Shown in pieces: positions 33,590 to 45,010 of a stretch of 64,000 nt of DNA. The DNA comes from an uncultured virus (IMG/VR IMGVR_UViG_3300017991_000099) (Duplodnaviria; Heunggongvirae; Uroviricota; Caudoviricetes). The notes beneath the pieces are model-generated. The model saw only the letters and a list, made by a program, of their open reading frames with translations. It was not told the DNA's origin and ran no database searches. The first letter of the stretch is position 1, and each line of letters opens with the position of its first letter. The translations under genes were made by a program, and so were the position numbers. The stretch lies in the IMG/VR virus record IMGVR_UViG_3300017991_000099, one strand, 5' to 3'.

Positions 33590-33707
33590 TAGATTGGTAT
33601 AGGGGAGAACCTTCAGCATGGGGGGCAGTTCTCACACTGGGCGCTCAATCCCAATCCCCATTTCGCCCTAGGCCTTACGGCACATTCTAGGCACCTATAC
33701 CAATCTA
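33590..33707 (-). ncRNA. candidate 118-nt structured RNA
   Basis: perfect 14-bp closing stem TAGATTGGTATAGG/CCTATACCAATCTA with GC-rich internal hairpins; strand inferred from flanking genes. Confidence 0.55.
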
Positions 33708-33950
33708 AGAATTCCTAAAACTAATAGATTTTATATTTCCTCCATGACAACTTCAACAATTTCTTCAAGGAATTCTTTTTCTCGTTCTATCAATTCCATA
33801 CCAAACATAGCACTTTTAAATTCTTCGGGTTTTAAATTATACTCAAAATCTTTAAAAGCCAAAATCCCTGCCCCCATTCCATCTTTAAATTCCTTTGTGC
33901 AGTCTTTAGCTTTTAAAGTAAATCGGATAGTCTTTTTCATCTTGTTCTTT

Positions 33951-34670
33951 CTAGAGTTCAAAATCCTTCAGCTTTTCTTCGGCAGTAAGACCAGCACCAC
34001 CGATAACTTCTGTGCCAAACTTATCCTGAAGTGCCCCTGTCATAGCAGCAATCATTTTAAGATTAGACTCTCCATTATCTGCAAGAACCGTTATATCTTC
34101 ATTGTCGTAATAATCCCCTTCATCACTAACCTCATTGACAAGGCCCATCTTCTCAGCAGCCTTTAGAAGTGTACAAACAGCGACATGAGCCTTGACGAAC
34201 TCCTTGGCATATTGGGTCTTAGTAAAGCTAGACCCCTTCCATACCTTTCCTTTGCCCTTTCGAATAAAGCAAAGGTTAGTAGGCTCAGATCCTTCCCCAA
34301 TCCAAAGACTAAGAACATAGCCGTTATACTTATGCATATTAGCCTGTAGAGTATCGTGTTCCTTTTGCTTCTTCTTTCTTTGTGCAGAAGTATCGTCATA
34401 TGAGAAAAATCCAAAAGAAACCCTAGGCTCTGCTTGGATTTTAGCCCAACGATAAGAGCCGTCAATTTCTTCTTTGCCAGTTTCTGGATTGGTTACCATA
34501 GGAGTGTTGCCGTCAGGAGTGTTAAAGTCAGTTGCATAAGACACAAAGTACCTAGGAACAACTTTAGCAAACCCAATAACGCGAGCAAAATCAGCAATTT
34601 CTTCGAGTTTTTCTAGAAGCTGATTTTCGGTGCCTCTGAATTCTGTTCCGTAATGAATCGTAATACCCAT
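33951..34670 (-). CDS. hypothetical phage protein
   Basis: MGITIHY..., FTKTQYA..HVAVC..VSDEGDYY. Confidence 0.8.
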   Translation of the reverse strand: MGITIHYGTEFRGTENQLLEKLEEIADFARVIGFAKVVPRYFVSYATDFNTPDGNTPMVTNPETGKEEIDGSYRWAKIQAEPRVSFGFFSYDDTSAQRKKKQKEHDTLQANMHKYNGYVLSLWIGEGSEPTNLCFIRKGKGKVWKGSSFTKTQYAKEFVKAHVAVCTLLKAAEKMGLVNEVSDEGDYYDNEDITVLADNGESNLKMIAAMTGALQDKFGTEVIGGAGLTAEEKLKDFEL

Positions 34671-34690
34671 TGTTCTATTCTCCTGTGTGT

Positions 34691-35170
34691 TTAACTCCCG
34701 TAAAAAACACAAACAACATTATCTTCAATGCTATCCTTCATATTTTCCATTAGTCCAAGAAGCCATTTAAAACGTCTGTAATCGTTATTCTCAGCATCTT
34801 TACGGGCAGCCTCAAGCACTTCATTAAATGGAGCAACTACAAGAGGATCACCGTAATTATCTTCATCAAATTGAGTGTTACCGTCAGAATGGTAGAAATA
34901 GACGACATTTTCTTCAATGGTTTCTTTTGCTACATTAAGATATGCTTTGTGTATCTTTTCGATTTCACTGTCATAAATTTTACAAAGATCGACAGACACC
35001 ATAGGAATAAAGAATTGTTTAGTTCTTCCGGTTTCGATATATTTTCCATCTTTATCTCTAAGGGCAGGATAACCAGAACCATCCTCATAGGGATTGTCCA
35101 TATCAAGTTTGTATTCTGGATATTGATTTTTAGAAAGTTTCCCAATTACAATATGCGTATCATAACCCAT
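34691..35170 (-). CDS. hypothetical protein
   Basis: promoter and RBS. Confidence 0.8.
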   Translation of the reverse strand: MGYDTHIVIGKLSKNQYPEYKLDMDNPYEDGSGYPALRDKDGKYIETGRTKQFFIPMVSVDLCKIYDSEIEKIHKAYLNVAKETIEENVVYFYHSDGNTQFDEDNYGDPLVVAPFNEVLEAARKDAENNDYRRFKWLLGLMENMKDSIEDNVVCVFYGS

Positions 35171-35223
35171 TATATATTCTCCTTTCTGCCCTTATATACA
35201 AAAGTCAGGTTGAAAATTTGGAG

Positions 35224-37682
35224 TTATTTTCGAGAATTAATTTGTTCTTGAAGCTCTTTTCGTTCTAGGAGAAGTTTGTTAATATCCTCTCTAGTAAATT
35301 CCCCTTGTAGTTCTCTGTCTTTAGAATCGCAATGGGGGCACTTGATTGTTTCGTGCCTAACAACATACTGATTCTGACAATTTTGACATGTATAAAGAGT
35401 AAACATAATTAGATTTCCACTCCTGAATCCTTAACAAAATACTTCCAAAGACGGTGGGCAATAGCATATACATGGCGACACTCAAGATTTTCAGCAATCT
35501 TATAAATAATATCCAGAGCTTCATCGCTTTCAAGATTGCCATTCATTCTCAATTCACTCAGGCGATTAACATCCTTTTCGTCAACAATATCGCAATACAC
35601 ATCACTTTCAACAATAGAGTCAACAAAATCCTCAAACTCATGTTCAAAAGTATAAGAGGTTAACCCATCCAAATCTTCAAGTAGAGCCTTGTTCATTATT
35701 TCTCCTTTTTAGTACATATGAATATATTGGGCATCGACTTCATTTGCCTTTTCAACAATCTCCCTCAGTTCTGCGTTTTCAGGAGTATCGTTATCAGGCA
35801 TGCGATCACCAACAGTATCCATATCAATAAAAATATCTTCCTCACCTGAAGCAATACAGACGTTCAATGCTTCATCTTTTACAGCGTCACTTGCATGAAC
35901 AATAAAAACCTTGGCAATATTCGGATTCATAATACATTCTCCTTTCTGCCTATATAGACAAAAGTGAAGTAGAAAATTTTGTAGTTATTTTAGAATTCGA
36001 TATAAAAAAGAAAAGGTAGCCACAAGCTACCTTTTCTTCCATCTGTTTTGGAAATCAAGGAGATCAGATACTCTTATTATACCCAGCGGCGAATGGTTGT
36101 ACTAGCCCATCTTTGATTATTTTTTGAAAAGAATGATTTTTGTGAATTAAAACTTGTATCAGGAATCCAACCTTCCGGGCAAACTTCCTGTATGATTTCT
36201 CGTGCTTTCTTTTTGTCCCTGAAATCAACTTCATCTTCTGGTCCAAGAGGGAATTCAAAAATCTTATGCTCATGCTTTTTACCTACTCTATCAAGGCAAC
36301 GTACTTCACCCTCACATTTTGCTCCACTCAAGCCACTTATACACATAGCATAATCTTTCAGGGACAACTTCAATGTGACAAAGGTATTACATGAGTTTTC
36401 GTCGCATACTTCAATCTTAATATAATCATCTTCTGCATTAGAGATAACACGATTGATAGATAACGACATAGGGAGTTTTTCTCTGCCCATTTTCTAACCT
36501 CTCCTAAGCAACATAACTGAAAGAAACTGGGCTTCTTTCTTTATATTCTTCAGCTTATTATTCTTAATTTTTCCCGACGCAATCAAATCAATACGCTTAT
36601 CAATTTCTTCTTGCATCTGAACCTTGCTGAGATTATGTGCCTTTCGTAGCACTTCACTTTCAAAATCAATTTCACAGCTGCATTTTTGCCAAAGATCGTC
36701 CAGCTTTGGTCTTGTAAGTGTGTTATTCATTTGTAGCTTCTCCTTTTATCAAAGATGTTTTTACCTCCTGGTTATATAGACAAAACTCAAGGAGAAAATT
36801 TAGGAAGAAAATCGGATTTTATCAAGAATTTTACTCCACAACTTCCATTTCAATAACATCAGCAAGCTTGTAGTAATCAACCCATTCCTTATCGCAGTTA
36901 TTGCAAAAAATTTCCTGGGTTGCTCCACCTGCGTCAATTTCCACACTACTTCCCTCAATATCCGTACTTTTACAATAAGGACAACGCGCACCACGGGATC
37001 GAATATAACCCTTTTTCTGTTCCTGTGTCAGACTCATTTTTATATCCTTTCTTTCAAAAAATTCCGAATAAAAGTGTCAATTCTGTATCCGCTTTCAAGA
37101 ATATACTTAGCTTGTGCCTCGATCCCATTATTATTAATTTCTGCTGCTTCTGTTGATTTGAGTTCATGCACAATATCGTCAAGCATATGAGATTCAATGC
37201 TGGTCTTTTCAAGTGCAATAACAGCATCGGAAATTTCATCAGTTGTTGGCATATTCTTCCTCCATTTCCTTATAAACCCATCCCCATACATCATCTTCAG
37301 AGACAGGATGACCAACTTCTTTTTCAAGCTCATGCCATTTCTTCATAATCTGCTTATATCTTTTCCTAGTTTGTGCAGGACTTAGCAATCCGTCGCAGCA
37401 AAGATTCTCCGGGGAAAGATCGCAAGCCAAATCCTTGAATTGCTCTTTGATTTTGCTGTTCATTTTTATTTCCCTCTACAATTCGATATAAGAACCCGCC
37501 CAAAGATACAATTCAATGTTGCTTCCTTTTCCCATCATTGTGTCTTTAGTAATAATCAGCACTTTTTTATTGTTAATTGTGTTGATTTTATTTCCACCAT
37601 AAGCACAATCCATAATACTTTGGACAATTTCAGGAGAAAGTTTTGCAATAGCCAATCCATCTTCTGTTCTTAGTGTTTGCAT
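35224..37682 (-). CDS. run of small hypothetical genes: 35224-35406, 35409-35696, 35709-35930, 36077-36490, 36494-36730, 36831-37037, 37040-37252, 37239-37463, 37476-37682
   Basis: closely packed co-oriented ORFs with RBSs; several CxxC zinc ribbons. Confidence 0.7.
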
Positions 37683-37771
37683 TTTTATTCTCCTGTGTGT
37701 TTTTCCTGAATATATATACAAAAGTGGATCTAAAAATTTACGAAAGAAATCAGAATTACGAAAGTTTTTAC

Positions 37772-38147
37772 GAAAGAAAGCCCACTACTTAAGTTGTGGG
37801 ATGAATTTCGTCTATTTCCCTCTTGACAACGATCATAATTAAACATATAATGTATCTAGTTCTTTGAAAAATTGGGTATATGGTTGCCTACAATTAAAGC
37901 CTTTGTAGGTGTAAAACCCTAAAACGGGTACAAAATTGTAGCTATATAAGAAAACTTAAAAAGAATTCATGACGGGTAAAATCGCAGCTTTCTTTCTAAG
38001 TTTAAACATTCTTATATAACTTCAAAATTAATTTTTATACAGAAGGGGCATCTTCTGTTGGTTTAGATACTGTAAGACTATTCCTTCGGATAGCTAGTAT
38101 TGTTTGAAGCCAGAATCCCAAGTATTTTAACCTTGGGAGTATGTCAA
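37772..38147 (+). mobile_element. non-autonomous IS200/IS605-family element (no ORF)
   Basis: preceded by TTAC; left hairpin AAGCCCACTACTTAAGTTGTGGGATGAAT; right end GAATCCCAAG..CTTGGGAGTATGTCAA; removal restores a TAA stop in the neighbouring gene. Confidence 0.85.
37823..37851 (+). promoter_or_regulatory. consensus sigma70 promoter
   Basis: TTGACA-17 nt-TATAAT. Confidence 0.8.
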
Positions 38148-38573
38148 ATGGTACACTGATTAATAACATCTCCAACTTCCCAGGCATTTGTAAAGTGTGT
38201 AGGCTCACCGTTCTTGTCAAACACATCAGCAATAATACCTTCATGTGTCAAAACGACTTGGAGTTGGCCTTCCACATCTTCCTCGTTTTCGTCAATGTCA
38301 TAAATAACATCTTCATAAATAATTCGGACATCATTCTGGACCTTGACCTCTTTTCCATCAACCATCAGAATCATTTTTGTTTCCTTTTTATCCGCTAGAA
38401 TCAACAGTATATGTATAGCCACAAATTTCACAAGTCATACGGTGATAACAATTGCCCAGTTTTGTTTCGGTTTCTTTGTGTCCCTTTTCGTAACAGTCTT
38501 TTCTAATCTGTTCGTATTCTTTTTCTTCTTCTTTATTTCTGTACCAACTATTTATACACCCAAGGTCTTTCAT
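38144..38573 (-). CDS. two small hypothetical genes (38144-38374, 38388-38573)
   Basis: RBSs and promoter. Confidence 0.7.
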
Positions 38574-38792
38574 TTTCGTTTCTCCTTAATATATAGACAA
38601 TTCCGATACCAAAAATTTAGGACTTATTTGGCTTTTTCTCTATCTTGTCACGGAGTTTGTAAATGTCAGAAATGTCTATCTTCAATTGATCTGCAACAAA
38701 ATCCGAAAAATCCAAATCTCGTAAAACAATATCCAGGATTCTTGAAACAGTAAATTGTTCTACTCTGGAAAGATCGTTTATAGACATAATTT

Positions 38793-39293
38793 TTATCCTG
38801 CTTCAAAAACTTCACAACCAGAAAATCCATTACCTTCTTCGTTGTAGTGAATCTCAATCCTACAATCAGGGAATTTCTCAGACAAAGCAGAAAGAACAGG
38901 AATAGGCGGACTCCAGGCTGTATCAAATTCATATGATAGCCAACCTTCTTTTGTATCGCCTTGAACTTCTACATTGTCAGTATTATTCCACTTAGTACCC
39001 CAATTCTTACAAGCCCAATCATACCAGTCAGTTGCTCCATACTTCTCTTGCCATTCGTTCAGGGTTTCTTCGGGAATTTCAGTCTTGTTACCTTCTTCAT
39101 CTTCCCACCATCGAGTTACCTGTTTACCATTGATTTTGTTACCACCACTCTTTACTTTTCGCAATTCTTCAGGCATAGGAATAATAGCATTGAAGTCAAA
39201 CTTGGATTGTTCTGTGGTAATCAACTTCTCCAGCTTTGCAATAGATTCAGCCGGTCCTTCAATTTCGATTTGATTATAGCACCAATTAGGCAT
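38793..39293 (-). CDS. DUF1281-like protein
   Basis: MPNWCYN, FDFNAIIPMP, WYDW...NWGTKWN, FDTAWSPP. Confidence 0.8.
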   Translation of the reverse strand: MPNWCYNQIEIEGPAESIAKLEKLITTEQSKFDFNAIIPMPEELRKVKSGGNKINGKQVTRWWEDEEGNKTEIPEETLNEWQEKYGATDWYDWACKNWGTKWNNTDNVEVQGDTKEGWLSYEFDTAWSPPIPVLSALSEKFPDCRIEIHYNEEGNGFSGCEVFEAG

Positions 39294-39295
39294 TT

Positions 39296-41081
39296 TTACT
39301 CTCCTTCTAGTTGTTTTTCCTCAATATAAACATCTTTAGCACCAGAAATTGCAGAATAAATATCCAATTCCAAAGCATCAGCCACATGCCAAACATCAGT
39401 CAAAAGATCCCTAAGTGCTGTCTGTTCATCAATTTCGTCTTTGTTGATATAATACTGAATCAAATCAAACAAACGCTCTTTAGGCTTTTTCATTTTACTT
39501 TCCTTCTACAGTCTCGTATGTATCGTAAACTTCACAACACTCTCTGAATTCTGGTTCGTTTTCAAGAAGCAACAACAATCTACGCAAAAGCCCGTGTAGA
39601 ATTTCGTCCTTTGTCAGATTGCCTTCAGGATCATCATTCTCAACAACAAACGCAATTGTAGCAGCATGATTATACTTAGCTTCTTTGTTCAAATGCCTAT
39701 GTTCTGGGTGCATGTTTGTTCTCCTGTGTATTGTCAGCGTCATTGCCAACACACATATATACAATTCTCAATTCAAAAATTTCTGAAAATTAGGTGTGAA
39801 TATCGACCATAACAATAGCATTTTCTGCCGGATTGAAGTCTGTGCCGGAATCGCTTCTAGCATCAAAACAACGCCATACATAAGGACTTTCAGTATAAAC
39901 CGTAAAGGGATAGATGTGGGAATTGATAAAGAGTTCATATCCCCTAGACAACTTATACCTTGTATATGCTTCTCTATCAAATCCCATAACATCAATTTTC
40001 TGCCCAACAGCTTTCTTATACAATTCAGAAAGTGTATTAGGTACTTCTGTAATAATAGCCTCGATCAATTCTTCTTTTGTCATACTATTAATTTTATTTT
40101 GTCCGTCGTCTTGTGGCATACCTGGGATACTAATTCCACAAGTGTCATACATCCTCAAATCAATAGCGGCAATTCTCAAAGCAGACAAGAAAGGATCAAA
40201 GAAATAATCGTTATCTTCATCCTTCTTAGCTTCAACAAAATCATCTCCTTCATCTTCTCGGACATATGTAGTGTTATTCAGATAAACACCCCAGACCTTA
40301 TACCAATTGTTTTCGTCCAACTTCGATTCAAAACGACACTCAAAAGATCCAATGGCCTCAGCAGCCTTTTCCTGAATATCGTCTGTGTCTGAATCAAGGT
40401 CTACAAGAAACAAAAAATTACTGTGCATAGTTTTTCTCCTGTGTGTTTGATTTCTACTGCATATATACAAAAGTCATGTAGAAAATTTTGAGGTGAAGTT
40501 TACTTTTTAGCTTCTTTTAGCCACAATTCCTTTACTTCTTTTGCAGATTTGAAACCATGATCAGCCCCAAAGAAATAATCATCAGCAGCAATGTTTAAAG
40601 CATCATTTTGCTGTTTGATCTTTTCGTAAATTTTATCCAAACCCGAGTTGTATGGAATTTCAAGAACATCACAGATTGCATTAACCCAGCTTATCAATTC
40701 TGCTTCGGCGTTCATTTTTATACTCCTAATTCCTAAAACTAATAGGATTTAAAAAAGGATACTCGCAAGAGCCTGATCGTCTTTTATTCTTTCTTTTTCA
40801 AGTTCTACTTCTTTTTCATTCAAAATATCAACAATAAACTTGGCCCATTTTTGTGTTTCGCCAAGTTCATTACAACTAAAGTTAGCAACATCAAAAGATT
40901 CACCGTCAATTTCACAACGAAGAAAAATATCGTCTTTATCGTTAAAAGGACCGTTAATAAACCAGACCTTTTTACCCTCACAAGTACAATGTTGGGGAAT
41001 TTCATTATCCCCTAAGCAGGCACTCCATTCATATCCACAAAGAGTACAAGTATATCTGCCGTTAATTTCTTCAATACTCAT
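39296..41081 (-). CDS. hypothetical genes 39296-39493, 39495-39713, 39790-40428, 40500-40715, 40749-41081
   Basis: co-oriented ORFs with RBSs. Confidence 0.7.
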
Positions 41082-41106
41082 TATTTGTTCTCCTTTAAAT
41101 TATTTT

Positions 41107-41182
41107 TGGTAGGGGCAGCAGGATTTGAACCTGCGACCTTTCGCTTAAAAGGCGAGTGCTCTACCAACTGAGCTATACCCCC
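41107..41182 (-). tRNA. tRNA-Lys(TTT)
   Basis: 76-nt cloverleaf, loop CTTTTAA, CCA; own promoter motif. Confidence 0.95.
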
Positions 41183-41215
41183 TTGTTCTTTTATATATAC
41201 AAAACCCAACGTAAT

Positions 41216-44200
41216 TTATTCGACATTTTTCCGATAATACTCAAAAGAATGTGGCAACTCAATTTCACAAATACCATATTCAACAACAGGGAAACAAGAC
41301 TTCATTACTCCATTATACATTTCCCAAGCCTTATGCCTAGCACCCTCAACATTGACAAACACTTCAGAATCACCAAAATACTGAACAACATATTCTGGGT
41401 TTCCATCTTTGCGTTCATAGGTAATATTATCAATTGCCTGTGCATGTCGAACACGGTATTCAAAAATTCCAGTTTCTCCTTCAACAATAGGGGTTTTTAG
41501 AATATAGATTCCATTATCAGCAGACATTTTTCTTTCCTCTTGAATTTACTCCAGAATTGCAAGAATCACATCACCTTCACGAAAGTCATCGCTTAAAAGT
41601 CCACCTTCCACTCGATTGCGGTCTATAGGATCAATGTTTCTCCATTTCGCAATGTATTCAACATTACGAGCCAGACCAATTGGTTCATCACGGCACATCG
41701 AACCAACAGTATAACCAAGTTCTTTCGCTTTTCTTTCAGCAGCTCCAACAGCTGTGAAAACACCTGTAGATTGAAACTCAATAGTTTCAACAACATTTTT
41801 GCATGTAGCGTTTTCAAATTGCTTGATCAGTTTCTTTTGCGAATCTGTCATAATTTCTCCTTTAGGTTTTGTTTTTTTATATATACAAATCCTAACCCAA
41901 TTTATTCGACATTTTCTCGATTTTATTTGAAAAGAGGAGCAGTTTCAAGAGCATGATGTGGGTAAATTCTCCATTCAGCCCATTCATCCTCTCTTTCAAG
42001 TTCAGGATTGTCTACAAAAAACTTTTCTTTTAAAAGTTCGTTTGTAATTTCGGGCAGTTTTTCTGGATCAAAATCCCTATCTACTTTGGCAGGGAGAATA
42101 TCAGTTCCATGCCTATGTTGATAAATAATGATTGCCAAATAATAATCTTCATTCATTGTTGATTCTCCTTAATCCGCATGAACCTGTCTAATGGCCCCAG
42201 GAAGGCAACCGATAAACAGCCTACCCTCTTTGATAGTCTTGAAATTCTCAGCAGTCAATCCAACATCCCGAACATAATCACCCTTGTCCTCAACAATTTC
42301 AAACACTTGCTCAAGATCAGACAAGGCACAGAGATAGCGATTGCAGCCAGTACGAACAAGAACCTGAAGCTGAGAAAAAGCATCGCCCAATTCCTCTGCA
42401 TCCTTCTCGGTAATGAAGCCACACTGTTCATTGATAATACGGTTAAGAGCAGCATTCATTTTCTTTTCTCCCTTGTTCTATATACAAAACCAATTTTCTC
42501 CAACACCTATATATACAAAAGTGAAGTCGAAAATTTAGGAGTTATTTAGGATTTTCTTTCCCATAAACCCGACAATAAATCTTGTGAATGACTTTGATTT
42601 GCTTATATGAAAAAGCCCTGTCTTGAGCATCCACACACAGAAGAAAATCAAATTCCCAATCGTTAATTTTATTTTCTTCTTTAAGTTTATTTCTTTCACG
42701 CACCAAAACAGTTAATTTACGTCTTGGAGTCAAACCCCTTTCTTTGCAATCAATTACCCATTGTTCGTCTTTCATATTTTCTCTATTCTGTCATCTTCAA
42801 ACGATCATCCCAACATTCTTCACAGATATACTTGCCTTGGTGCAAATGAGCTTCTTCTGCGTTGACATTGGACCCACACCTATCACAAATTAAATTATCC
42901 TCATCTGCATCGTCGTCAAAGTCGCCAAAGAAATCGGTATTATCCCAATCCTTATCATTCTCAGGATTTGCAATTTCTTCACTTTCTATACGAGAGCAAT
43001 AAGATTCACCAGAACAAGCATCACGGGCAAGATATTCAAGATCAACAGCAGGAGTCTTACCAGGATCATACTCACTCCAAATCACAATTGTAGTCTTATA
43101 CAGCTTCATTATTCTTCTCCCTCTTGCTTGGGCCATCCTTCAAAAACAAACCAGACAGCACCATCATATTCGTCGTCCAGCAATTTACCAAGATCATCAG
43201 TCTCAACACGATCAAACTTTGTAATGCTATTCATATGAGAGCCAATCATCTTTGTATCAGCATAAACAATTGTATACTTCTTCATTTTTATTCTCCTTGT
43301 TTGCAATGCCTAAGAATCCATTTAGTAAGATCCTGGCAATCATTTACAGCAACACCCTTTTCTTCAAGTACATAGCCACAATTGATACACTGATAACACT
43401 CAATATTCCCGTCCATATTTGTTTGCTCACCGTAATTGTGATCGCCCTCTGGATCAATATAAGCAATCTCAGAAGCAACAGTAACATCAGACATAATTTC
43501 TTCAAGCCGATGATCTTCACACTTAGGACAGGTAAATTTAAGAGAATCAGACATTTATGCTACCTCACTTTCATTCTCAGAAACAACAACGCACTCAACT
43601 TCAACAGTATTATTCAGCAATTCCTCAACAGCCTGCTTTAGAGCATTATCGTTACGAGCCAGAGCAATTTGACGAACATACTCCAAATCCTTACCACGCT
43701 CATTCAGGTAATAATTGATTATGTTTTCAGGTGTTCTAGCCATTTTTATTTCTCCCTTTATTTTGTCAGAAGAACCAATTTCCTCCAACAAATGTATATA
43801 CAATTCTCAACTCAATTTTTTCGACATAAAAGGGAGAAGGGGGTGAAGAAAACACAGGTGTCGGGCAGTTTAGGTGGGAGATAAAGCGTTTTCTCCACCC
43901 CCAGAACAAGGGATTTCTATTTATTCTTTCTCTTTAAACATTTGATAAAGAAATTCTGCAACTTCTCGTTCTTTTGATTCAACCAACTTTTCTATTTCAT
44001 CAGCAGAAACCATAGCATCTTGTTTATTGAGGCTGTTTCTAACATCATCTCGAATAAAACGCTGCAAATTTTCAAGAAAGTTGTTATATAACATCATTTA
44101 TCCAAGAATACAACAAGGGTAGGAGAGAGGTAGACCCAATTCTACCCCTCTCCTGTACCCGAAATAAATGTCTTAGATGAATACCGAAAGTGGCGAAAGG

Positions 44201-44385
44201 ACCAGCAACACCCCGGCAATAATCTCCAGAGTTGCAAGACGGCCACAATTCAGATTAGGATACCGAGCATGAACATTCGGCTCAATAACATCACGACGAG
44301 CAAAGAAAAACAAACCATCACCAACAGCCACCAGACCAGCAACCACAAGAATAACATAAAGAATAAACATAACTTGTTCTCCCAT
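41216..44385 (-). CDS. run of small hypothetical genes: 41216-41527, 41546-41851, 41923-42156, 42169-42459, 42542-42775, 42783-43109, 43109-43285, 43288-43554, 43555-43743, 44173-44385 (membrane)
   Basis: cassette promoters and GGAG RBSs. Confidence 0.7.
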
Positions 44386-44462
44386 TCTTTTTGCCAGAAG
44401 AACCAATTTTCCTCTGACAAATATATATACAAAAGTCAAGTCGAAAATTTCAGCATAAAATC

Positions 44463-45008
44463 CTAAACTTCTACCAAACCATCAGCACTTTCTTTTGCAG
44501 CTTCACGACAATACTCAAGGCCATAAAATCCCCAACAAGAATCAAAATGCTGTTCTTTCTCGTCAAGGACAGTAAAGCCATATACTTCGCCTCTAAGGTA
44601 TTGATCAAACTCTTCAACCTCTGCCCTCAAAACTCCCTCAACTTTCTTTCTAAGGTCATCTGTGAGCGTTTTAGAGCTATATTCCTTCAATACGTCCTCA
44701 ACCTCAATGTAGATAACCCCACATTGACCACTATCCCAAGGACAATGAAAACCTGTAGTATTGATCGTAACACCAGAATGAATGTAAGCATAAACCGGCA
44801 ACCAAATCACATCATCCCGAGAAGTAATGTCGTCAATCTCGTCTGAAGATACCCTTTCGTCACCAAGGATATAACGATCAGAGACATAGAGCATAGTGCC
44901 AAGATGATCATGTCCTTCTCTTGGATTATCAGGACATTCATCGTGGGAAATAATTACCGTGCTATCTCCAACTTTAAATCTTTCTATTTCATATGGAAAT
45001 TCAGACAT
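44463..45008 (-). CDS. conserved hypothetical phage protein
   Basis: LPVYAYIHSG..CPWDSGQCG..YLRGEVYG..DSCWGFYG. Confidence 0.8.
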   Translation of the reverse strand: MSEFPYEIERFKVGDSTVIISHDECPDNPREGHDHLGTMLYVSDRYILGDERVSSDEIDDITSRDDVIWLPVYAYIHSGVTINTTGFHCPWDSGQCGVIYIEVEDVLKEYSSKTLTDDLRKKVEGVLRAEVEEFDQYLRGEVYGFTVLDEKEQHFDSCWGFYGLEYCREAAKESADGLVEV

Positions 45009-45010
45009 TG

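Noticed and set aside
33590..33707. Cobalamin riboswitch or hammerhead ribozyme
   Set aside because: B12-box absent; no CTGANGA core in the right context
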